From assembly GCA_965644495.1 (NCBI GenBank), contig CBFFSA010000007.1, positions 806,001 to 870,000 on the forward strand: 64,000 nucleotides of DNA, read 5' to 3'. Under the pieces are notes generated by a model. It did no database searches, had not been told where the DNA came from, and saw only the letters and a list, made by a program, of their open reading frames with translations. Source of the stretch: Perkinsela sp. CCAP 1560/9 (Eukaryota; Protista; Euglenozoa: Kinetoplastea). Shown one piece after another: positions 1 through 10,200 of the stretch (position 1 is the stretch's first letter; every line of letters begins with the position of its first letter). The position numbers and the translations under genes were made by a program.

Positions 1-880
1 CGTTAACCCATGGGAGAGTAAGATATTTTTCACTCTCCTTGTTCGTTTGACGTGACTTACATAGGGAGCCAGTTAAATCGAGCCACGGAGAAAATAGGAA
101 GGCGGCAACAGGTAATTCGCCTACCAATTCTTTTTGGATCGTGTCAAACGTTTGCATGGAAGAAGCTTCATCACTTGACCAATCGATTCTCTCAACTCCA
201 AACCGACGTTGCCCATACGCAATTGCAAGCATACTGGCCAACGCAAGATTTGCTCCCGCAGAATCCCCACCAAAAATGACGCGCCTGAAAGGAACTCCCG
301 CCTTTAAAACAGACGCATACGCTCTTAAACAACTTAGTAAGGCATGTGGAAAAGGACAATCTGGTGCTAGGGAATAGTGAGGCACTGCAACGCTACATTG
401 CGTGTATTCGGCCAGCGCGGTAGTTAAACAGCGGTAAGTGCGAGGGGAGTGCACAACGAATCCACCTCCATGAAAATACAATATGACATTGGAAGGCGGA
501 AATGAAGAAGCAACGAAATCTCCGACGAAAGAGTCCCTCAGACGTTGTGTAATATTTTTTCCATCACTTTTTCGTGTGTGAGAGATCGGAAGACGGTTTA
601 CATGACTGGTGAACTTGCCAAACGCAGTGCTTGAAAGTGGAGAATATCTTGAAATACAAGTTGTGCAACGTGACAAATGCAAAAGACGTGTTGTCCAAAC
701 GGGAAAAGAATTGATAGAAAAAACCTTAGCCTTAGGGTGTCGTGGAAGTAGATGGCTCAATATCAAAAGTGATGGCCGGGCTATCCATCTTATTACACTG
801 GGGGAAGGGGGTACTAGCATCGCAAGACGAAATATCCTTGAAAACACTCGAACAGATAAACGTGATAAGTACACCAACAT
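1..880 (-). CDS. HSL-family alpha/beta-hydrolase (Abhydrolase_3 esterase/lipase), 3' end runs off the window
   Basis: Not in the ORF track; translated by hand from ATG at 880. Open to position 1 with LYFHGGGF, YSLAPDCPFP, GGDSAGANLA and FSPWLDL motifs. Confidence 0.9.
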   Translation of the reverse strand, partial: MLVYLSRLSVRVFSRIFRLAMLVPPSPSVIRWIARPSLLILSHLLPRHPKAKVFSINSFPVWTTRLLHLSRCTTCISRYSPLSSTAFGKFTSHVNRLPISHTRKSDGKNITQRLRDSFVGDFVASSFPPSNVILYFHGGGFVVHSPRTYRCLTTALAEYTQCSVAVPHYSLAPDCPFPHALLSCLRAYASVLKAGVPFRRVIFGGDSAGANLALASMLAIAYGQRRFGVERIDWSSDEASSMQTFDTIQKELVGELPVAAFLFSPWLDLTGSLCKSRQTNKESEKYLTLPWVN

Positions 881-1319
881 TTCATTCAAGACACACAGCT
901 GTAAAATTCAGAATTCACCATGCACTAAACATTTTCGCCTCAAGCTCGGTCGCGAAACTGCTTCATTCGTCTTTCAACACGACAGAATTTGCATAAAAAA
1001 CTCTAGAAAACTCTAAAAAATTCTTCAATTTTGTTTCAAGTTACTCATTCTTCCTCCGTACACCAGTAATCTCCATCAGAGTTCAAATACCGTTACGTTC
1101 TTTATTAAAAGACCGAATACTCCATCATTGAGCAATCACATTGACAATGTGACTCTAGGGTACATGGAAATGTTACATTCTCGTTTCCTCATAGCGCCGT
1201 GAATCATCTCTTTTATGATTTCAGCTGATATCATCTCCCATTGTCACGTGTTCTCTGACTAGTTATGTAATAATAGTGTGTAACAGTGGGGACCTCTGCT
1301 GTAAAATTCTTACATGCTA

Positions 1320-3191
1320 TCATGATGCAGAAGAATTTTCCAGAACCTTGGGGATATTGTAAAGCTGTCGGATCTCGTCATCCGCCTCTCTACTTTCGAT
1401 CGCTGGTAGTATTAAGGAGCATGAATTCACGCTATTCATAAGACGGATATGCACCAAATCGGACGAAGCACCATCCAGTAGCGTCCCAAAATGAGAAAGG
1501 TTACGAACTTCCACATTATTCACGTGAGTTGCAATTCGAAAAGTCATAAGTTCTACCTGGTATCCTTTGTTCACATTGTGGGGAAGCATTTGTAGAAGAA
1601 CCACAACTCCGTCACGTGTTTGGGAAACCTTACCCCCACTAATGAGGTCGACCAGATGGCGAGGAGCAGTGTTGAACCATTCTTGCGCGCCCCACTCCGT
1701 TAGAAGGGGGAACGTTAGTTGTGTGAAGACGCACCCACCAAACAACCGATACACGGGCTTTTCTAAATCTACTCCGTTTAACAAATGATTCGACACCAAT
1801 GGGGTATTCACGGACAAGGGAACTTGCACATCGAGTACTTCCCCCTTTCGGAATATGCGAAGTGGAATAACATCTCCAGGCTTCCTCATTTGAATTAAAT
1901 GAGAGAAACGTACGCGTTCTTTCCCACGCCATGCGAGAGTGGCATCATTGCCTACCGTATGACCATCGACGTGCGTCACTACATCAAAGGCTTTTAAAAC
2001 TGAGCTGGCTGCGCTGAGCGGAAGCATATCCAACAAAAGTACGCCGGTCAAGGATGGACGAAGAGAAAAATTACGGCGAAGTGAAGTATTGTGCAGCTCC
2101 TGAATAAACGCACCCAAGGAGCAAAACCCGGGGTGATAGTGTCCAGCTGTATAGCGCTTCGTGTTAATTGATTTCGCGAGGTATTCGCGTAAGAAATGTG
2201 CAATGATAGGTATCGGTATGATATACCCAATGTTGTCCCCGTGAACCAATGCTTGAAATGCAATGCCTACGACGCGGTTGTGGGACAGCGCGGGACCTCC
2301 ACTGTTCCCAGGGTTGATGGCTGCATCGATCTGGATGGCCATAAGATGCACATCAATTCCTCCATATGGGGAAGAATCTATACGACTTACAACACCGCTG
2401 GTAATGCTAAGCTGGTCCCCTCCCCATGGATACCCAACAACTTTTACATTTTGCTGAAGCTCTGGAAGGCCACCGAGGTGGGATACGCGGGCGATACGAT
2501 CCACTGCGGTGTCTTTGGACGAGGCATCACGCGTCCCCTCGCACGCCGTGGCACCCTCGATGTCGAGCTCCGAAATACCATCCCAGAATTCACTGTCTTG
2601 AACGGAGAGCAGAGCAAGATCGCAATCTGCTGCTATGAACTTCAGCTCCGCAGTAAATTTACTACTGCCTCCATGTCGTCGTACTTCAATAAAAGCGGCG
2701 GATATGACTACATGAGCGTTCGTTATCACTAGCTTGCGCTCAGCGTCGAGTATAAAGCCACTTCCAGTAGAAGAAGCCTGTTGTTTCCTTTGCCACGGAA
2801 GCATAAAGTTCGGGTGAGACGTCGTACAATATATTTTTACCACTGACTGAAGAGTTCGAAGCGGAAGTACAGCAGAGTTTGCTGGCGAAGCACTATGTGA
2901 ATGCTTACTGGCGCTGTGTCTGTCATTTTCACCATTGATCTGCGATCCGAGCGCAGAACCCCGTGCTTCAACAAGGGCGGATTGCAATTCAGAAACTGCA
3001 CTTTCCATTCGATTCATTCGACTCTCCACACTCGTGTTCGGTTCATCGTTCCATTTTGGATCAAATAATGCGGAGCTTTTCTGCGCGCAGAAATTGACCT
3101 TGCTAGTTTTTCCAGAAAAGAACTCCGTAACTGTGCTGATCAAGAATGCACGATGTGCAGCCAGTGGTGTATTCTTTGCAATTCTCCACAT
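1320..3191 (-). CDS. Deg/HtrA trypsin-like serine protease with PDZ domains (Deg2/9/10-like), probable mitochondrial presequence
   Basis: GSGF, TNAHVV (His), CDLALL (Asp), IDAAINPGNSGGP (Ser), C-terminal PDZ-like regions. Confidence 0.92.
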   Translation of the reverse strand: MWRIAKNTPLAAHRAFLISTVTEFFSGKTSKVNFCAQKSSALFDPKWNDEPNTSVESRMNRMESAVSELQSALVEARGSALGSQINGENDRHSASKHSHSASPANSAVLPLRTLQSVVKIYCTTSHPNFMLPWQRKQQASSTGSGFILDAERKLVITNAHVVISAAFIEVRRHGGSSKFTAELKFIAADCDLALLSVQDSEFWDGISELDIEGATACEGTRDASSKDTAVDRIARVSHLGGLPELQQNVKVVGYPWGGDQLSITSGVVSRIDSSPYGGIDVHLMAIQIDAAINPGNSGGPALSHNRVVGIAFQALVHGDNIGYIIPIPIIAHFLREYLAKSINTKRYTAGHYHPGFCSLGAFIQELHNTSLRRNFSLRPSLTGVLLLDMLPLSAASSVLKAFDVVTHVDGHTVGNDATLAWRGKERVRFSHLIQMRKPGDVIPLRIFRKGEVLDVQVPLSVNTPLVSNHLLNGVDLEKPVYRLFGGCVFTQLTFPLLTEWGAQEWFNTAPRHLVDLISGGKVSQTRDGVVVLLQMLPHNVNKGYQVELMTFRIATHVNNVEVRNLSHFGTLLDGASSDLVHIRLMNSVNSCSLILPAIESREADDEIRQLYNIPKVLENSSAS

Positions 3192-3730
3192 TTTTCAGTA
3201 AGATTTAAATATTTACGATTCTTTTTTCTATATTTAAGATGTTTTAATAAGGGTTTTTCTATAATGATGCATAACTTTTGGAGACGTACTTGCAAGTAGA
3301 AAAAAGTTCGCGTATTATTATGGTGAACAACGCAAGAAAATCTGTTAATCCAGTTACCATGAATGCTAGGTACATGAATGCTTCTATTTCAGGACACTCG
3401 TAAGTATGATTTTAGCGCTGTATTGTACTTTTTCATTCTTCACCCCTTTTTGTTAAAGTGATGTAGCGTACAGCTTAGTAACGAGTCGAGTAAACGTGGA
3501 AAATAATTGAACAGACTACTTTTGACAAAAGTTTGAACACAACCGAAAATGTACAAATCAATATAACGCTTTTAGAATAAATAAAATTGACAACACTTCA
3601 AGCGATAGATGTGAGTGAAAAGACGACGTGTTTTCCGATACAAAGGGTTATCTAATAGGCTCAACCTGTTGTCCACACTCTAACACACGTTTTGCGTCCT
3701 CAGAACACACTTCTTCCAACACCACACATT

Positions 3731-4255
3731 TTAATACCGTCCTCTTCCCCTCCCTCTCCCCCGTCCTCTTCCCCTCCCCCTCCTCGGAAAATACCCCCGC
3801 CCCCCCTCCTCCCCCTCTCCCCCCTCCTCCCCCCTCCGTGCCCCCCCTCCTCGTCCCCTTCCTCTCCCCCCTCGTCCCCTCCCCCTTCCTCTGGAACGGT
3901 TCGGCGCAACGAAACCCTCTTGCCACAAGGGCCCCTCATGCCCCTCTCCCCCCTCTCTCCCCGCCTGCTCTTCGCCCCAAGGCTCCCCCTCTCTTCCCGC
4001 TGCTGTATTCCCTTGGTGTCCCCCAGAAGGGGGAGGAGGGGGAGGGGGAAGGCTAGCATCGAGCTGCTGTATCACATGGACAATGTCACTCATGTCGAGT
4101 GCACGTCGTACCAGTGACACGAGATGGGGGACCAGGGGGGAGGGCTCGGGGAGGGGAGAGGGGAGACCGTGAGGAGGGGGAGGGGGAGGAGGGGGAGGTC
4201 GTCGTACAAAGGGGGGTCGTCGTCCACGAGAGGGGGGGTGGGGGTAGGGGGACAT
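3731..4255 (-). CDS. Hypothetical Pro-rich / RG-repeat protein (~174 aa from MSPYPHPP)
   Basis: Open frame across skew island 1 with a short non-repetitive core (LVSLVRRALDMSDIVHVIQQLD) and RGRGRG tail; may be a compositional artefact. Confidence 0.4.
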   Translation of the reverse strand: MSPYPHPPSRGRRPPFVRRPPPPPPPPPHGLPSPLPEPSPLVPHLVSLVRRALDMSDIVHVIQQLDASLPPPPPPPSGGHQGNTAAGREGEPWGEEQAGREGGEGHEGPLWQEGFVAPNRSRGRGRGRGGRGRGRGGGARRGEEGGEGEEGGRGYFPRRGRGRGRGRGRGRGRY

Positions 4256-4300
4256 GGAGTACGGTAGTTGGGGTGGGGCGTAGCGGGTAGGAAAGGTGTG
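3740..4300. other. GC-rich skew-switch island 1
   Basis: + strand C-runs at 3740-4023, G-runs at 4028-4300. Confidence 0.85.
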
Positions 4301-4583
4301 AAAATGAGAGAAATAATGAAAAAAGGGGAAAATGTGGGAATGCTGAAAATTTGAGTTGTGTAAAGGTTGGGAAATGACATAGTTTCGTTTTTTTGTGAAT
4401 ATGGGGATGAAAAATAGGGGAGTGGGAGATCCAGTGGGAGGTATTCTTTGTGTTTGTGTGGGGAAGGTTTTCGGAAAATGGATGGCTAAAGGAAGCGTTG
4501 GATGAGAAGAGATACAAGATATACCTGAATAGGATCGTTTGTTCAATGTTTGTGGAAATAGGTATATAAGGGTGCTCATAGCC

Positions 4584-5522
4584 CTAAAAACGATAAGTGT
4601 TATTACAGAGTTCATGTGATGCGTTCCAGGCAAGAGATAAAAGAAGCTTATTCCATCCTTCATCGGATGTTAAACACGTCGCAGAAGGTGAGCCGCCAGC
4701 AGGATTCCGGCGCTGAAATCTCGACCCTGACCGACATGTCGGTCTTTTTTGTGAGGGCAGAGCATCGATCAATGGCGCTTTCTTATGCGCCAGATCGCGA
4801 CGTAGGCAATCGTAGCAGTACAACAAGTAAGCCACGTCTGTACATGCGTATTCAATCATTTCTTGGGGTAAAGGACGAAGAGTCCAATCCCAGCGAGCCA
4901 TATGCTTTTCCACTTGAAATGAACAATAATGTGAAAGAAGGTGAGCGAGACCTGTTTTGTTGTGATGAAGCAGACGAAGTGCGTTTGATGTGTCAAATAA
5001 ATTACATACAAAGATGTCAAAGTCTCGCTGAAGCCATTTCAAATCGTGGCGTGGGTCATGCGCCACTTTTACTATTCGTGGATTAAGAAAGGGTAAGCGA
5101 AGACGAGGAATCAGCGAGTCGGGTGAAAGAGCATCAAGTAGAAACACTTGGTTCCGTACAGCAATTTGTAAAAGACAACAGCGCTCGCCTGATTCATCGG
5201 TGTTATGCTCTACGTCAAAGGCGAATTCCTGGCAAGTGTCCAGCACATCAAGCAAATCGCCCATACCTTCGCGAGATGTGATAATTTCTGGAAAAGTTGT
5301 AAGGGGTAGTACCGTAGAAACTTCGATGGGAATCTCAGTGTGCACGGATATACGATTGAGCCTTTGGACGTAAAAGTTTCGAAGAATTTGACCTGCTCTC
5401 GAAACCAAATCAGGCGAAGCAGTAGTAGTGCAGCGTTTAGTATCCCATGGTTTAGTGTCCCATACTGAATGAAACTTCGTAGCATGTGGTCGCAAACGCG
5501 CTGAATTCAGCAAACGAATCAT
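4584..5522 (-). CDS. DEDDy 3'-5' exoribonuclease, RRP6/RNase D-like exonuclease domain without HRDC; mitochondrial-like N-terminus
   Basis: FAFDVEH, LLQIA, DLKWLQRDF, NLFDT, DWTLRPL, YACTDVAYL motifs. Confidence 0.85.
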   Translation of the reverse strand: MIRLLNSARLRPHATKFHSVWDTKPWDTKRCTTTASPDLVSRAGQILRNFYVQRLNRISVHTEIPIEVSTVLPLTTFPEIITSREGMGDLLDVLDTCQEFAFDVEHNTDESGERCCLLQIAVRNQVFLLDALSPDSLIPRLRLPFLNPRIVKVAHDPRHDLKWLQRDFDIFVCNLFDTSNALRLLHHNKTGLAHLLSHYCSFQVEKHMARWDWTLRPLPQEMIEYACTDVAYLLYCYDCLRRDLAHKKAPLIDALPSQKRPTCRSGSRFQRRNPAGGSPSATCLTSDEGWNKLLLSLAWNASHELCNNTYRF

Positions 5523-5816
5523 GTTATATCGTGAATTTTCTCGAGCACTATCTGTTAAGCGACATACGGCAATATTCTTCTGCCGCTTTTTTTGTTAGCA
5601 TTAATCAAGAAAAATAACTTCTGCCTAATTTGTTTACTTCCAGTACCATTACCAGCAATGATGTTTTATTTATAAATGTAAATCCAAGGTGTCTGCCAAT
5701 ACATGGGAGTTCAGTCTTTTATACACTCATTGATTCCTACAAATAGTACTCAGTAAATCTTCATCGAAGACGTTTATTCAAGTAGCTTTGGAATGTTCTT
5801 TAATTTCACGACGAAT

Positions 5817-6131
5817 TACCGTATACCCCCCAGTAACAGAATCGATTTCGGACCAAAATGGCCAAATCCTTGTTACTGGGGAGTGTGCTCTTTCGGTTGG
5901 CAGTGGCCTTTTTTGTTCATGAGTGCGTTGATTTTCCGTCCAGCCCAACCCCGCAACTACGCCATTCGCTCCCGCGCAACCACCCTCACCCAGCCCAGCT
6001 ACCCCTACCCGCCCAAACGCCCCCTCCCCCCTCTAACCACCCTCCCGAGCCAAATCCTTGCTACTGGGGATCAGCCCAAAAATGGTCAAATCTCTGTTAC
6101 TCGGGGATCTATTACTGGGGGGTATACGGTA
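5817..6131. mobile_element. MITE (Tc1/mariner-pogo/Tc2-like), TA-flanked
   Basis: Perfect 20-bp inverted repeat taccgtataccccccagtaa (5817-5836) / ttactggggggtatacggta (6112-6131). Internal copies of caaatc..g(t/c)tact(c)gggg near 5862, 6051 and 6086. No ORF. Confidence 0.8.
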
Positions 6132-6481
6132 GTTGGAAAATAAGCTGGAGAACACGCCTTGTAATAGGATACACACCATAAAACATGAAACTTCTCATTG
6201 GAAAGGCATGGACTTGTTCAATCCAGGAAATATGCTCAAATGCCTATGATTGTTGTTTTCATCGAAAAGAACAGGAAAAGAACATCGAAAAGAACATGGA
6301 AACTTCGGACAATCATTCGTCCATGGACTCTACTCTTTAACTCCGCAGCGCTAAGGCCATCATTTGTTACGCTGCTCTCCGAGTGTGACTGCCTGTTATC
6401 CTCAAGCCTGACAGTATGTTAAGAACTTGAAGAGTTGGAATGGCTTTCGCTATTCTTCTTCAGTGGTTCTACATCGAGCAA

Positions 6482-7018
6482 TTATGTTAACTCCTGCTCC
6501 ATGGTATGATCCGATGAATCAGATTTTCCTATAGCGTTGGATATTTGCGTTGTCCATTTAGATTGATGGTCAAATGTTTGATCTCCGTACATCGCTACTT
6601 TGCCTTCAGGCAGAAAAGAATTCGGAAGAGTCTCCTTAAAAGTTTCCACTCGAGCCACAAGTCGGTCCTTGTATAACTCATATAACTCTCCACGCAGAAA
6701 TTTAAGTCTTAATTTTTGATAATTTTCTTCGCTGTTCTCCCTGCGAAAGCATGCATTGAGTACATCACGTTGAGGCATGCATTCTGCTGCTTCATGAAAA
6801 AGCTTTTCTTCGGCACACTTCTCTAAATCCTGAACGGCACCCATGCAATTGCGGTGCGCGTTTTCCTTCATTCTTGTTATGATTCCATTGTGAATGCGAT
6901 TTTGAACTTTGCGCATAAGATGAGGTGGAAAACGCTCTGCCAAGTCGTCTAATTCTCTCGCAAGTTCCTCTGTTATTTCGTCATATCCATGAGATCCTGA
7001 TTTGTCAGAATATGTCAT
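6482..7018 (-). CDS. CMC1: Twin CX9C protein, Cmc1-like COX assembly factor
   Basis: C-X9-C-X11-C-X9-C (CMGAVQDLEKC...CMPQRDVLNAC) preceded by MKENAHRN; start taken at first ATG. Confidence 0.6.
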   Translation of the reverse strand: MTYSDKSGSHGYDEITEELARELDDLAERFPPHLMRKVQNRIHNGIITRMKENAHRNCMGAVQDLEKCAEEKLFHEAAECMPQRDVLNACFRRENSEENYQKLRLKFLRGELYELYKDRLVARVETFKETLPNSFLPEGKVAMYGDQTFDHQSKWTTQISNAIGKSDSSDHTMEQELT

Positions 7019-7294
7019 CCGATGCAGTTGTGCAATAAAAGAATTAGAACTGATTTTAGAGGACACGAAAAGATTAATGCTAGCAATGAGATAAACCTTG
7101 GTTTATCCAATGGACAATGGCCTACTTGTATGAATGTCTCATTTAAATTTTGAAGAACAGTCCCTGTTCTGTAAACTATCTAAATAATCCGAAAGTTCTA
7201 AACGTATAGCTAATGAATACATTCATTTTCTCGTACAAGTGGTTAGGAACGACATCAATCATCGACACAACTAAATATAAAGCGTGCAGAAAAA

Positions 7295-10200
7295 CTAGAC
7301 GTAGATACTTGTGAGTTTCTGTATGACCGATGAAGTCTCCTCAGTAATGATACCCTCAGTTGAAGCTAGATGACTTAAGTGCAAGACTTCTGAAGACAGG
7401 ACGGCATTTACAAAAAATTTAGCACACCTGGGATCACATGCTACTGATTCATTCAAATAAACCGTGCGGTAGTGATTGGCAAGTTGCTCAAAAAGTGAAG
7501 GATTAAAAGTTGATTCTTTGTTGCTAAGATGCTTTTGTCCAATCACGACGAAAGTGGAGAGAAACCCAGGAAGATCCAGCTTCAGGTAGTTAAAGGTTAA
7601 GTCACTCGGAAGCGTTCGATCTCGACGAAGGCTTATCATATACTGCAGCGCGGCGTCATACAACCCGGAAACCTCCTTGTAATGTAAAGAACTCTGATGT
7701 AGATGGAGGAATAAGTCAACAAGAGGCTCAAAGCCACCAGGACCGTGTGATTGTGAAGCACATAGTGCGGTGGCTCGTAACACAATCTCACTCAGTGGTA
7801 AACCGTAGAGTCCATACAATTCAGTAGATCTCACAAACTCTCCCCCGCGCAGTAATTTGACAGCAACTTGTTTTACCGTAGTGGAGGCTGTGTTCGACTC
7901 GTTCAACCACGGAAGCAGGTCATGTACTTTTGAAAAGTCGACGTCGGAGTGACAATCAGAATCCGTTTCCCCGTTGTTGGGGAAATCATCCATGAGACAA
8001 CGAACACATTCAATGAGAAAAAATTCGCGTTGGATTTCATGGCACGACTTGTGATCTAACGGGGTAAGGCGAAAAACAGATTCATGACTGCCCTCAGTAC
8101 GAGAAATAGCTTGTGCGGCTTTTTGCAGAGTATCATGTGCCGTGAGTAAGCAATCCATTGCCGAGTCAAAATCTCCAACTTCACAAAGTCGCCGGGCGGC
8201 ATCGCGTAGTACCCTACCTGCCAACCCCGCATGTGTGTGATGTACCAAAACATCGTGTAGAAGAGTGATGACCGGAAGATACTTCCCCGAGTGACTGGGA
8301 GTTAATTTTTTATAAAATGTGTACATAGCCTCTGAAGCAATGGAGTAGAAGTGAGCGATTGTGTTCTCAGAATTCTTATGTGTCAATTCTAATTTGTTCG
8401 GGCTAAAAAAATCATGAAAAATGAATCCACGCATGTCCTCTAGGGAAGCGCACTCCTCTAAAAACGTCTCTACGAAGATTCTAGCCAATTCCTTTCGAGA
8501 ATGAGCCGTGAGTGCACTCTTCTCTTCATACGTCAGTAGTTGACCTGCTGTTTCAATCCAAAAAAACACAGAGCTCGTTACTACGAGCGCATGGGCTCGT
8601 CGAAATTCATGTTCTTGAATTAGCCGAACACAATAAGATGAGAAAGCGGCGTGCACGAGCTCTGGAAACGGAACAAAGCTTTCTTTCTCGATCTTTGCCG
8701 TAAGCATTTCCATCATTACGTGTACGTCCGAAAGCGGCAACGTTGTTAAGCAGTTCCCATTAGCGTCACACTTAAAAATGAATTTGAGACAAAACTGTAG
8801 ATAGGTTGCGGTGGCAACATTAAAGGCCTTTGTTTCTTTTGGATTTCCCCCGATATGGGTACCAATACATGCCCCATCATCCAAACATCCACGCGCTCGG
8901 GCCATCGAGTCTGCGTCTAAATAAAGCGACAAACACTCCCATTGTTGTTCAGACCCCCTGATTTCTTCTAGGAGGAGTGCTATCTTCACGAAGTACGCCG
9001 CAGAGAGATGACTAATGCTAGCATTTCCAGACGACAAAACGCCTTGAAAATGCAGCAATTCGGGTCGATCATTCTTCCACACGTAAAGCCAGTGTTGAAG
9101 TATACTTGGAGAAGAGTACTCTAGCAGATCCTTGGCCATAACTTCTGGATAGGATCCAACATTAACGGCACCTTCAAACCAGCGCGCCAGCAGATTGTGT
9201 GTTATGGGTATGGGATAAGATGCATTGTGCTGCTGCTGAATAAGCTCTGGAGAGAGCAGAAGCACACTCTCGACACCGAGATGCCATTTCAGATAATGTA
9301 AAGAAAAGTCCAGATGGACATCGTGCAGATCTTGAAGGCTCGCATCAAGTAAAGGCAGAAACTGCAAAGCGAGAGCAAACAGAATTGCGTGGGCTTTGCA
9401 ATTCGAAATTCTGTCCAAAACAAGTGCTTGAGCATATTCATGACCTGGGGAGTTCTGAAGAGGAATTTTGGGGTCTTCTGAAGACGCGCATAAAAATGAG
9501 CGCCATTGACAGATCGCTTCCCTGAAATTTACGGAATCGAACATGAAAATGTGCTTCCTCACTTCATGCAAGGTGCAATACGCCAGTCTTGCAAGGACTT
9601 TGGAAAGTCCTTTGCCTGAAGCATGATAAAGAAAATTGGACAGGCCTTGCTCATGCATAATTGTATTGCTTAGAATATGTATCAGTGTATGCAGGCCGTA
9701 CTTCGTTAATTCCGGGAGCTCAAGTTCGTTATCAAATTTAGCAACGGGGACCGTCACTAAACAATGAGGTGTTCGTGCTACTTCGGCATCTAGACACAAT
9801 TCGGGGACAATGTCGGTGTGTAACAGACAGTTACTTCCTGGAGCAAATGCACGTGGGCACGTTCTTTGACGGTCATCACTTTCTAAGGGCAGTAAATGAA
9901 ATTCCACGCTTGGGATAACCAAGGAAAGAAATTCTAACGATGAGATTTCCCCTGTTTGTCTCCGCAGCAAGTGTAGATCGTTGGCCCTCGAAACCAACAT
10001 TACAGAAATTCTATTTGCCCAGAACCCAATTTGTAACGGAGACAGATCCCAAGAATTCGTCTGATCATGATCGGAATTCACCACTATGCCACACCGCCAC
10101 GTCTCATTGCCGCTTACTGTTTCCACAACAACATAACGTCTGATCTCGGTCTCCGCATATGAACTATCTGAAGACTCTAGTTCAAGTAAAGACGCTCTCC

